Positions 51,973 through 64,000 of a DNA stretch of 64,000 nt are shown piece by piece; position 1 is the first letter of the stretch; every line of letters starts with the position of its first letter. The stretch lies in the NCBI GenBank assembly GCA_973851085.1, contig OZ316776.1, positions 6,572,001-6,636,000 of the forward strand. Reading direction: 5' to 3'. The notes under the pieces are model-generated. The model was not told the origin of the DNA and searched no databases. It was given only the letters and a program-made list of their open reading frames with translations. The position numbers were made by a program, and so were the translations under genes. This DNA is from Ptychomitrium polyphyllum. Taxonomy: Eukaryota.

Positions 51973-54900
51973 CTGAAAAAGCCTATGCTACTCATAGCTT
52001 AGTTTATCAAACTAAACCTGAATTGTGTGTGTAATGACGTGCAGCATTTATAAAAAGCTCCTTTTTGAAATGGACCTCTCCAGTCTCTGTAGTGAGCATC
52101 TCATGAATTTCATAAGCCCAGTACAAAGGTTGGGAAAACCTTTGAGGTCATGATGTAAGTTTGTAAGTTGAAGATATGGTGAGAATAAGTCTCGCTTACT
52201 GAAGACAAATCCAATTGCTAGATCAGTTGTCTGCAATAGTTATGTGAGAGTGTGCAGGAATCTTGTAGTGTCTGAGTGCTTTGGTTTTGGGAAAAAGGAG
52301 AAGAACTCGGTCACTCAAGTGCAAATTGTAAACTTAACACCAAAGTGCTGCGACATGTTGAGAGTTTGGAGGTTCTCTTCAAGAGCCAAACACGTCACCC
52401 CAGTTATTGAATCCAAGTCATAATGTATCAATACGAGTGGTCCTTGTGCTAGGGCATTGCCACGTTGAACAAGGTTGGTGAGGGGTTGATGTATCAAGCA
52501 GTGAATTATACTACTGCCAACAACAATGTGGGACATTACAGGGTGTTAAGGGGAGGGGTGAAAGTTCTACTGTCCAGTTACGGCATCCCTATATAAGTTG
52601 CTAACCACACCCCAATGCAGAATGCAAGGTGGACACGAAGGGCAAATCTCGCAAGCTCTTCTCATATCACTGTCCTCCGTTATAAGTAACTGAATAAAAT
52701 AATCCAAAAACAAGATTACATTTATCTTTCTGAACTTTGTCTTCTCGCACAAAGGGAAAGTCTCCACTGGCAGGGCCGAGCAGGTAGGCAATACTTTTAT
52801 TCCCGAAAGATGAAAATGTGATTTATTCGCTTATCAAACAATAAACGTGTAGAGATTACAGTATGAGGGACCTGGGCTCTGAAGCTTGCAGTGAACGTGA
52901 CTTTAGCAAGTGGTGGATTGGTAAGCCCAGAGTGGATCAGTGGGCAGGGAATTTAGCCTAATAGAGAAATGAGCAGACCTCTTTGATTGGTACATGCCGA
53001 CTTGGAACTTCGGCATCTCAATCACAGTACTACTTCGCTTTACTATACCAGAAGGACGTGAGTGGCCTATAAGTCAGAAAAGCTACTATTCACACTGGGG
53101 CCCCGAGCAAATTCAAGCAAGCAAGAGCAACGCCCAACTGGACGTGATGTATGGAGCAATTTCCAAGGCAAGGGAGTTCTCAAGAAGTGCCACGTGGAAT
53201 ACCTGGCCCCTCCTGTCCAGTTGGCCTGCCTCATAATGACCTATTGGCATCTCATCTCATCCTCAGTCAACTGCCTCGTCGCGTGGTACTGCCTGCTTTA
53301 CGGCACCAACTGTATGTGTGTATGCAGCTGTTCTACCTTCCCCCTTTCCAGCTTCCTCCTGCCCGTGTGACAGGGACCCCTTCGGATGCAGACTTTGATT
53401 TTCCACTGTAGTTTTAATAGCACTGTACTTTAATAAATATTTTATAGTTTTGAAAAAACATGGACTATGAGGCCAAAAACTCACCACTGTTGACCACTGT
53501 TTTTTTCCCTTTTAACAGTCAATGGACCATAGGGTGAAGGTGGAAACGTGTTGTATGCTGTCAACACACCACGTAACATCCCTGCTAGATTGCAATTTTT
53601 TGTATTTTTACTTCTAAATTTATCTGAGTGAATTGTTTTAGAGGACCATGAGCAAAGGCTAATTGTCTGAGTAAGATTGATATCAGATGGACTAGTTTGG
53701 AAGACATGGGGTATCTTTGAGGCGTAGACTTCAAGACGATGGGTTGTTGAGAAATAAGAAGTCATTTGCTTGATTGGTGAGTACCTCAGCAACCATCCGC
53801 TTACTCATACTGAGTCCTTTGGAAGTTTCAAGAAATTGTATTCTAGTCAAAATGCAGCTACCAGAAAACAAGCTCATTTTAATTTTATGTGCACACCACT
53901 GTAACAGAATGTTGTCTGCAAACTCAGCAGCCAATAAGCTAGGACTTCACAAATACATACACATTCAACCAAAGTTTTGATACGCTCCTGCCTCCAAGAT
54001 AATGTACACTAAATTTTCTCTCCAAGTGAAAATTCATTCGTGTACCTGCTGCCCTTCTGCCCAATCTACAAGCATGGTGAACAAGGGTGAAGGAAAAGTT
54101 CATGAATCCCAACCAAACATGACAAAAAGAATACAAAAGCCTACACCAATGTGCGGTTGATGCTCTACGTCAGGCACAGGCATAAATCAGATTCAATCAA
54201 TCCGGATGATATCGTATATCCCACACTAACTCCCCATCCATCCCAGGTCAAACCCATCCACTACTCCCATCGATGAACCGAACCGGCCACAAGATCTAAC
54301 CAATGGAAACCCATTCTGCAGGGGTCACGTCGGACAAGACTCGTATTATAATATTATCCGCGTCTCCACCATTCAAGCAGCAGAATTTTCCTTGCACCCC
54401 ATTGGTTGTGTCAAAAAAACCACAAAGAGAAAATTGAACCCCCAGTGCATCCCAGCCCTTGGATTGGTCTCATCAAGCACAGGCACAAGAGAGGAAAGCG
54501 AAAAGCGTCTTTGTTAGATCCAGTTTCGGAGATCTGAGACGTTCGTGTGCTGAATAATGAGCGTACATCCATGCCGTCCGAGGTTCATCAAGTTGAGCCG
54601 ATTCTAAAGCACTGCTCTCTTTGCGCAATGTCCTGGCTGTACGAGATCAACGGTTGTACCGCACCCATGGGTCACAGATGGAAGGGCCGAGTTCCCTGAC
54701 ACCCGCTACTTGGTTGCTTGTGACTTCTGCAGGTAGATTGGATTCAAGCAACTCCAGCCAGCCCATTGGCTGGTCATTCTCTGGATTTTTATTGTGAAGC
54801 AGCTTAGTCATGAGGTTGAATGATCATAAAATATGATTGTCGGTCAGGCTCAGATTTTTCCAATCGGGTCTCTGTGCAGTATGAAGATGCGATTTGTAAT

Positions 54901-56430
54901 TCGTTCAATTGTTTTCAACTAAATTTGATTCTGTCACAGATATTCAAGCAAGTGCATACGGTGACATTTTTACTCCAAGAACTTGGACTCCACCAGCTGA
55001 TTCCAAGGACGGATTTTCTTAAAACTGGAAAATCGACACCCAATGAGAATGATGCATTCTACTCCTGTACATACTACTCAATAAGGTGAGAAAATCTTAA
55101 CATTGGCATGGATTTAAAAAAAAAATGAGACCACCGGTGCTAATTACTGAACCACGGTTCCAGGCACTCAATAGCGTCACGGTCCTTCCACCGGTGCACA
55201 AGAGTGCCATCGACGAGATATTTCAGCGCCGCCTTCCAGGTTTCCACATACTTCACCCTTCTAACGTGCACCATATTATATAAATATCAACAATTGTAAG
55301 CATATGATACTATAATCCTTGAATCCAATGCATTCATTCGTTGTCACCATGAACCCTGTCACATCATAAAAATCAAAAACATATTTTTATTTCCTCTAAA
55401 ATCTAAACTTTATTTTGGATCATCAAATAAAAATAAAAAGGTTGCAAAAGTTTTATTGGTTTCCTGTTCAACTTAATGAAAACTCGATCTACAGTAAATA
55501 CTCCTGAACCAAATGTCAAACTTCAACTAAATAACTCTACACCAGAATGATTAGTATTATAATAACATTCTACTTCTCCTCCAAATGCTGAACTTACTGA
55601 ACATTGTGAATAACATAGTATCAAGCCCAAATGTCCTATTCTAATAATGACATCCAGTCATTCAATAAAAGAATGTCATACGGGTCGAGTTTTCATAACA
55701 TCGTCAATAATAAACCTCCCTTCTAACGCCCTCTTCTGAAACAATAATCCCATCTTTCAAAATAGCAACTACACTGTCAAATCTTTCCCACCGAAGATAA
55801 AACAAATATTTACACTCCAAGTCACCAAAGTAAGCTCATCATACCATCGATAGTGAGTGAATGTTTGTTGGTTTTACACTTTAAGCTGAAAAATGCCATG
55901 TTTTTGGAAGGTAAAAGGATTGTGAACTGCGTGAGCCAAGCTCAAGGTCAGTCACCCTCAAGGCAGCACGCAGCAGCCACGTCAGCAACCCCCAAGCGCC
56001 CCAACTGCCCAACTGGCTTCCACGCCAGTCAGCCCTGCCAGCAGCCACCCTGCCGCAGCGGGGTCGCCGGCCCTGGCGTTGCAAGCAGCCCAAGGTGCGA
56101 GGAAAATACCGGAGCGCCTTGCAGCCCAGCCCAGCCCAGCCCAGGGAGGACTTACTCCAAGGAAGCAAAAGCAGCCCACGGAATCATCTTCCACTTGCCC
56201 CCCACTTGTTGCTGCTCCCGTCCTTCTGTGCTTCTCGTTTATTTCTCCAACTAGTCACCCGGATCTGATCTCTCCACTTGCGCGCGCACACACACACGCG
56301 CATACAGACACATATACTCTTTTGTCTCTCTGTTGTTTCGAGACCAGAACTCACACGGCCCGGAGCTTGTTGCTTGTGGGGGTGTTATAACTCACCATCC
56401 AAGCTTGCGGCTCACACTTGGCTTGCTCAT

Positions 56431-58049
56431 ATGTCCACTTGTTGGCGGCCTGTGGTCTGCGACGGAGGTCGTCTCTGGGACAGAGGCGGACGAGCCTGGG
56501 CTGCCTCGGCGCCAGGTGCTAGAGTTCTCTGTGGGGGTGAAGGTGGGAGTTTTAGGTGGCGCGAGGAGCATTGTTTGGGGGTGGAGTGAGGTGAGGGTGT
56601 TTTTGATTTTTTTTTCTCCCCCTGAGGTCGTTGGGTGGAGTGGATTTGAGGTGGGATTTAGGGAGTGTGGGCGGTGGAGTGAGGAGTGGAGTTGTCGGAG
56701 AATTGAGCGGTGTGAGGTTTGTGGTGTGAGTTTTCGGTTTTCCTAGAATCTGCATTTTTTGGATGGTGGCCGCGTGGGATGCGTGCGTTTAGGGGATTGC
56801 CTGCGGTGTTGGTGGTGGTTGGTTTTGTGTAGATCGAGACGTGTGGTTGTTCTGGGTGGTTGGGAGAGAGGAGCGGCTGCATTAGAGGCTGCTGTGGTGT
56901 GTGAATCTTCCGCCTTGGACAGGGCGCCGCCTTTGACTTTGGCGGGGAGGTTTTGCGTTTGGGGTTTTCTGGGAGCGTGCGAGCGTTCCCTGTGGTGTCT
57001 GCGAGCTCTACCGGTGGCTTGTGTAATGTATGTGTTGCAAACGACGACTTCAAGTAGATGACCCCCGCACCGAGATATTACAGGGATTCGAGGTAGGTGC
57101 ACGACGTGTTAGAGCTCTTGGTTTTTCCTCTTGGAGTATTCCGAGATCTTCCTCTGTGACCGCTTTTCTCTTTGTTGTGAGTCTTCCAGGAGTCGCATTT
57201 TGGTTTTGGAGGAAACCGTCCCTGTTGTCGGCGGGATTAGTGAGTCGGTGACACGATAGTGGACTGAGTCGTGGTGAGATTTATGGAAGTTTGGGTTAAG
57301 CTGTAGATGCTTCTCTTGGTGGAGATGTAATGTTGCGAGTGGATCCGGTTTCTCAGTTGCTTTTGAGATTTTCTTGAGGGAGTTATTTTTTCTGTCTATT
57401 GAAGTGCTGCCGAGAGTTTGTTGGGAGTTCTTATCCTCGTAAGTTTCTGTTTTTGGTAGTTAGTTCAGGATTGCTTCTGCGTTCAGCTTCTAAACTTTGA
57501 GTTGACTTCGGAGCAGAGGTTATCATATGCACTCATTCTTTAGAGGCACAGAGTTTTCCATGACGCTCTTTACTTCCCTTGGTATTTGCTCTTAGTCGTC
57601 TACGAACTTATGGTTTCTCATTTTAGTCGTTATTGTACTCTGCCTCGATCTCTATTATTAGTTTTCTTGATAAACCTTGTCTGTGTAAGCTTTCTGGCTA
57701 GAGTAGAGCTTGTGCTTGCGTGGCAGGATTTGAGAATTATCCTTGTTGCCTGCATTTCGACATAGGTGTTCAAGGAGTTTCAGTCTGGAAGTCGATAATA
57801 TCATGTTCAGTTTTGTGTCATGTCAACTCAGGACGCTGCATTCGAGGCTCTCTGTTTTGGGTCTTTTGAGTCTACTTTCTTCTAAGGCATTTTAAGGCTT
57901 CCCTTTTCTGGACAATGTGCATTTTGTGGTGTGCCGTAGCTCGTGTTGGTTTCTACTTATGAACCACGAGTGTATGTGACTAGTCTTTTGAAATGAATTT
58001 GAATGTGTTGTTTTTTGATTCGTACTCTAACATTGCAACCATGTCACAG
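56431..58049 (+). promoter_or_regulatory. Probable bZIP 5' leader: 52-aa uORF (56431-56589) followed by a ~1.46-kb leader intron (56591-58049)
   Basis: ATG at 56431 and TGA ending at 56589; donor GAG|GTGAGG at 56590/56591; acceptor CACAG|G at 58049, 4 nt before the main ATG; GC-rich promoter-like region at 55950-56330. Confidence 0.5.
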
Positions 58050-58053
58050 GATT

Positions 58054-60978
58054 ATGGAGACTTCGAGAGACGTGAAGAAAGAGCCTGCAGCTTTGGCTGC
58101 CCACCATGATGTGCCGGTCGGGAAGGAAGGTGGGCGTCTCGTCAAGAGGAAGAGGGTGGCCTCCGAATCTGAACAGGGTCACAAGAGGTCTTATGGCGTG
58201 AACGGAATGAATTATATTTCACGGACGCTGTCAAAGTCCAAGTCCTCCAAAGATGCTGGCCTCATCAAGAGCTCCGCTGAGAAGAGAAAACGAGCCAGGG
58301 CGGCAGAGGAAGTAGACCCCGAGTTGGATTCTGCTATGAATGCCGCCCAGGCGCTCTTCGAGCTCTTTGGCGGCTCTGGAACATCTCAGAAAGAGTCATC
58401 GCCTGATGACAAGTCATGTGATGCTGATGCTGGTGTGAAATGGGCAGGGAAGAAGAGCAGATCTAGCAGGAACAAGAAAGCAGACGACTGTGCCTGCAAA
58501 CTGAGTTCCAGCTCCACCACTAGTGCAACTGTGACCGACATCCCCGAAGTGTTGGACTCATCCGCCTCTCACAACCACCATGTGGTGGTGTCCAATGCCT
58601 TCCAGGTTGATGTTGAGACTGTAAATCTGGAAGATGAGTCTGACGCAGATGCAGATGCAAAGAGCACAGACATGAGCCCGTGCGGTCTTGGCCTTGATAG
58701 AGGACACAGGTTGCTGTCACAGTCTAGTGTAGAGTCTACGCTCTTGGACTCACGAGCTGAGAGTCCGAGCTCGCCTCTGCGGGTGTTGAAGCCCGAGGCC
58801 CCTCTTCTCCCCAAGTTAGAAGAGGAGCTATTGTTGCAGTATGGCTTTCAGAGAGCGACACCAGTGCGACCGGTGACCAAACCGTCAATATTACGAAAGC
58901 CAAAGGTGGGTGTCAGAGCTTTTCTTTGGCATCAGTGTCGATTTTGTTCCTTGTATCGTACCGGTAATTAACGAATGCGTTTATTCTCTTATCAGGTGGA
59001 GGAGAATTGTGTTATTGAGTCAGATGAGTCGAAGGAGGTGAAGATTGCTTTGAACAATGTGCAACGTCGAAAGCCACGAATTTCCAACTCGAAAAGTCAG
59101 CTTCTGTTGTTGCAAGGAGATGCTCTTGATGTGCCCATAACTACTTCGGCAACTGCCCTGAAGGAATGTATAGAGGAGAACAAGTTCCAAGTACCTGTAA
59201 CATTGAATTTGTTTGAGCCGGTCAAGCTGGAAACTGGAAGAGTGAAGCTAGAGGGTAGGGAGCTTTATCAAACGGGCTCGTCCACTCAAGGCCGGCTCAG
59301 GAGTGCTTTGAGTGAGGTATGTAACGGCATTTTTACTGACGTTCTTTTCCTCATTTCCTTGTGTAGTAAGAGCTACCTTGGTGGAATGGATGTCAGTTAT
59401 ATATGTTCTGACATGTGTACTTATCACTGACAAATAGAACTCTGTCTGGCAGGCTGAGAAGGAGGCTCGCAGGCTCCGTCGTGTCCAAGCTAATCGCGAG
59501 TCTGCTCGCCAAACCATTAGGAGGAAGCAGGTTCTGTGCGAGGAGCTGGCTCGCAAAGCAGGAGAACTTCAGACTGAGAAGGAGGATCTCGCTCAGGTAG
59601 AGCATTCACGAGTATCAAGTTGTCTGTAACTTGGAGGAATAATTCATGCTGGGTATTTTAGATTGTACAATTTTAAAAAATGCTTTTTTATTATGCCATT
59701 GATTTTCAGGCGATAAAGAAATTTGAAGGTTTTACGTTAATATGCAGGGCTTAGAGCAAAAGACCAAGGAGTTGAGGAATTATCAAGAGATCAATCGTCA
59801 CCTTAAAGAGCAGGTAAGTCATAATCTGGACAGAATCACAGGTTGCTGCACCTAGCCATTTGAAATTCATTGACGACTTGACAGTGATTGTAAAAGATGA
59901 ATGATCATACCTTGGTATTTCTCTAACAGCTAACATCTTGTTTGTACAGATTCTCTTGCAAGCAGAAAGCTCAGGGGCGCCACTTTCTTCCACCAAAGCT
60001 TCTAACATAGCAGCACCAGTGCCGCCAACTGGTCCAATCCAGGGAATGCCGATGCTCCCTTACTGGTGGGCGTTTGCATTAGCACAGTCGGTGGCAGCGG
60101 CCAGCCAGTCCGCTTCACCACCTCAGATTGGGGAGCCTGATGCAGCAGCCGTGCCACCCGACTATAATACAGTTTTTGCGGCCACCGTAGCGGCATTTAA
60201 TAGCGGAGCTGGAATGAACCCAAATCTGTGGATGAATATGATGGGCAACATGTCCAACAAACCTCAAATGCCTCAAATGCCCGGAATGGTCGCAACATTT
60301 GATCAACAACAACATCAGCAACAACCCATCTTGGCTCACTCTGAAGCCAGGCCAACATCCTCTTCGGAGGCTGCCCCACACAAGCCTGCTGCTCCCGTGG
60401 CCGATGCCCCTGCCCAACCCCAAGCTCTGGGGCGGTCGCCCATAGCCATGAATGGGCACCCGCACCCAAGTGGCTTACCCTCCTCATCACCCATGAAATC
60501 TGGAACCCTAAATGTCGACCCTTGTGTGACGATGTCAAGATCACAAATGAACGGGAAGGTTCCAGCTGGAATGTTAAGTAATTCTAATTCCCGAGGAAAG
60601 TATCAAACTGGATTGCCAAACGGCAGTTCAGCTCCTTTGAGTAGATCTGTGTCAGCTATGTCACAGATGACACAAATGCATGCTTCTGCAGATGGCATGG
60701 CGAGCACATCAACGACATTATCGTTGGGTCAGGCGACTTATCAGTCGCATCCTGGACGGACGGAGCAGATGAGGAAGCCAGCAGCCAACCTGAGGTTTTT
60801 CCCAACGATAGGGAATGGAGTGCAAGGCTTCCTGGGTCCTCGTCTTGGAGCTTACCAATCCGAGGCGGCAGCTTTGGCTACAGAGGCTAGAAGGCGTCGC
60901 CGAGAGCTTAAGCGGACGAAGAGCCTTCAAAGCCAGTTGCAGCAGGAGAAGAAGCTTGCTTCTACTAAATCATTGTAA
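58054..60978 (+). CDS. bZIP transcription factor, group J (AtbZIP62-like); exons 58054-58905, 58996-59316, 59453-59596, 59748-59813, 59950-60978; 803 aa
   Basis: Four phase-0 GT-AG introns join in frame. Basic region AEKEARRLRRVQANRESARQTIRRKQ is followed by leucine heptads. AAQALFEL near the N-terminus and C-terminal ATEARRRRRELKRTK match motifs I recall for this group. Confidence 0.93.
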
Positions 60979-61789
60979 CCTTATCTTTTTCTTCATCCTT
61001 TTTTCTTTTATCTTTTTCACTTGGGTTTTCCTAAGGTTCTTCGTCCTGATCCTGTATTCTACTGATTCATGTTGGGACTTCATTTAGATTCAGAAAATTC
61101 TTTCATAGTGCATGAACCAGTTTTTTATTCAAACCACAATTGATACACTTGAGCAGCATGGCTCGCTTTTACAGAGGACACGGTGCACATTATGCACTAG
61201 GGATTATGGTCAGCCAGCTCGGCGACTCTTAATGTGGCTCCGAGATTTAGACTCTCCAATGCCACTGATATGGATACTTTACAATATCGATCATTATCCC
61301 TCACTACAGAATGAAGGATTGTATACAGTTTTCAAATGTAATCAGATCATATACGCACCAATTTACCGATCATATGCTCCCTTATGGTAACGATTATTAC
61401 TGTGTCATTTGTGTTCTTTTTTTGTACATCATAAGGGGTGTAGAGTAGAATGCGATTGGGATAGGTTGTCCGGCAGGTTTAGTGGACTGATGTCTGATTT
61501 CTTTTTCACCTACTTCTTTTCATGTTTGGCATGCCCTAGAACTATACATTTTGGAACTTCGATAGGATGCAAAAATCTAGTGATAACCAAGATATACCAA
61601 GCAACTCAAGCAGCAATAGAAACATCACTAATCTGATAAATGTGCGTTTTGTATCTGGAATAAAGAACCATCTGGTCTGTATCACTCACGAAAGAGCTTA
61701 CGATGCATCCCATCAGAATATGCAAGACTTAAAAAACATACTGTAATTATTCCCTGAATTGTCTCACTTTTGAATTTGAAAATTGCGCA

Positions 61790-63075
61790 ACAAAAGTGTA
61801 CAAGACTGGCATGAAACTCTTGACCCTTGCGTCATCGAGTACGAATCGCATATTACTGCCCTGAATTTGCCGGAAGCTCATACCAACACTTCCTCACCAA
61901 GTCAATCCCACACAGCCACCACCAGGCACAGAGACGTGACAATTGAGCCCCCACATCCAAGTGCTACGATTGGATCACCCACCACATCTTAAGGTTGCTC
62001 CAGCATCCCTATTGAGTATGTCCATCGCCAAGGTATTTCTGCCACCTTCACCGCCACATTCTCAGCTAGAAGAGTCTCCCGAATGCTTACCTTAATCAGC
62101 TACTTCCTCTTAAATTGCTAATTGCTGCTAGGGAGGTCAAAGTCAAGCTCCCAACCTATCAAATGTTAATGCAAAATCGATTCTATCCTTGGAAGTGCAG
62201 TGTATTCCACTGAGAATAAACGACCTGAGCCCACCACCAGATGTGCCTTATGTTGGGAACAAGACGAACTACTTAAGTCAACATTGATGCAGCTCAATGC
62301 ACTGGTCTCTAAATCACAGGAGTCCAATTGAAGGCACCAAGGTACCACATCAATGTCCTTGAACAAGATGTAGAAGACACCTTTCAAGAAGAGGCACCAT
62401 ACCTGCTCTCCATGTAGTAGATCTGCCTTCATCTCTATGATTCCACAACCACGAAATTGACTTCCTCGTTGCAACTTATCCGAGCCCTGTAATATGTTTG
62501 CATGATTATGAGTTTGTTGCTTCGCCTGGCGTTGTCCACGGACACAAGATCTTTGTCACAGTCGTCTAAGATATTGCGGTTGGATGAGAGACTGAACTCC
62601 GGTTTCAGAATTCGATGAAAGTTCTTGCCCACAGGATTGAAAACAAAATGCCGCCAAATGAATTGTGAACATTCATTATTTTAAAACCTTCATACATTGC
62701 GTAGATGAGTCCTCCATCGGCAGCCAATGTGTGCTTAGACTACCTCCAGTGCCTGTTGGAGCGATGAAGCATAAAATCCTGCATGAAAAAAACTTTGCTC
62801 AGGGTGAAAAACGTTCCTTCGCCATGCCCAGAATTTCCCAGTTAAGCTTTTGCTCCCGAACCAAGTGGGTCGAAGTCCAACAATATTTGCATGATGAGGA
62901 TGAAGGGTACTCGTCGAAGCAATAATTGGACTCCTAGGGATGCAAAACGAGGTTTAGTTATAAGACGACGCCATGCCTTGCATACCATACGACAGCGGCA
63001 ATGGACATGGAAAGGAAGGCAAGCGAAGACAATCTCAAGAACCTCAGGCGGTAAAGCTTTCCTCACACTCGCCAT
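61790..63075 (-). pseudogene. F-box protein pseudogene (N-terminal F-box plus FBA/kelch-like C-terminal region), no introns evident
   Basis: ATG 63075, F-box LPPEVLEIVFACLPFHVHCRCRMVCKAWRRLI, then LAADGGLI, FNPVGKNFHRIL, FLKGVFYIL. Many stops and frameshifts plus an internal inversion at 62420-62480. Confidence 0.88.
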
Positions 63076-63082
63076 TACTCCA

Positions 63083-64000
63083 TTATTTGCTGAAATTCTT
63101 CAAGACTGCTAAGGCGCTTTCTACTCTTGGGTTTGAGTCATCGCTCATCTGAAAACATGTCAAGTCAAGATCAGGGTGATCGAAAGCCACACCATCTACG
63201 TAAGTCTCGTACAATTTCAACGCTACTATGTCAGCACAAACATGGAGCTCTCCACACAAAGCTTGCAGAAGATCAGAGTACACAAGTTGCCCACAATTAC
63301 TGTGCAGGCAAAGCGGTAGTTACCTTAGAGTGAGGAAGAAAAAGTTACCAAATCTCTTTGTGTGCAGCACTTCCCTCTGAGTTGGACCGCTTGATAACTG
63401 GACAATCAGACCAAAAGTTACAACTTGCTTTTTTCAATTACAATTGTACTTGACATCCTTAAACCATTTTCACGCCTTTTAGTGGCAGGTTAGAGGAGTT
63501 CATTGGCATCCTCACTCTCAACGTTCACATTCTTAACCGATGTTGGTAATTTGTTCATAATGCAATCCTTTACTTTGGCTGTGCAGGTTTTGAATGCTGC
63601 ATACACATCCCGTAAGAAGCAACCATCTATTTGCATTGGGTGCAATTTTGTGAATACGGTTTAACTCATGACTCAAAGAATTTGGCAGTCGGGGTGAGAG
63701 GATCTGGTGGCAACTATTGCGTGTAAGTTGGATGATATGCTACATAAGAATGTCTTCTTATAGAGCAGCACAGTTTATGAAGTAGCGGCCTTCATCGTCT
63801 CTGTGGACATTTTACATCATTGCATTGCAGGTCGCGTGTCAGTTGAAAATACAACTTGTTTCCAAGTCCCGTACCCTTGTGACTACAGAATCACCGCTGC
63901 TTCTCTCCTTCCAGTGTACTCTCTTCTCTGAATGCGTCAAGCTCGTCCCTTTCAATGACAAGACAACAAGTCACCACACATTTCTGCATTGTGCTTACAC
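63083..64000 (-). pseudogene. Copy 2 of module X, longer, running off the window edge; its last frame stops 7 nt before the F-box ATG
   Basis: Broken frames CLVIERDELDAFREESTLEGEKQR*FC, VHRDDEGRYFINCAAL, LRDVYAAFKTCTAKVKDCIMNKLP, LVYSDLLQALCGELHVCADIVALKLYE; homology to 43460-43780. Confidence 0.55.

Noticed and set aside
59710..59747. Alternative bZIP acceptor ttttcag at 59709
   Set aside because: It would add 38 nt and shift the zipper out of frame; 59747 keeps the heptad frame.

Overview
Eukaryotic, intron-containing plant DNA with GC-rich genic islands in very AT-rich intergenic sequence; gene style and families suggest a moss or other bryophyte (inference). Four intact spliced genes can be assembled by hand with consistent GT-AG phases: an ARM-repeat protein (+, 11469-13547, 3' end uncertain), a NUDX25/26/27-type Nudix hydrolase (-, 17044-18648), a histidine phosphotransfer protein (+, 33569-35389) and a group-J (bZIP62-like) bZIP factor (+, 58054-60978). 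Decayed genes lie between them: a TKL-type kinase pseudogene, a frameshifted germin first exon, two paralogous F-box pseudogenes in opposite orientation, each next to a copy of an unidentified coding module (VHRDDEG..INCA), and several orphan pseudo-exons. Other structure: a perfect 44 x 21-bp array open in three frames, a 61-bp micro-inversion in the F-box pseudogene, a possible disabled transit peptide upstream of the Nudix gene, and a degenerate ~180-bp promoter repeat. I recognised no RNA genes, CRISPR arrays or intact transposons. All family calls are from motif recognition by eye, not database searches.
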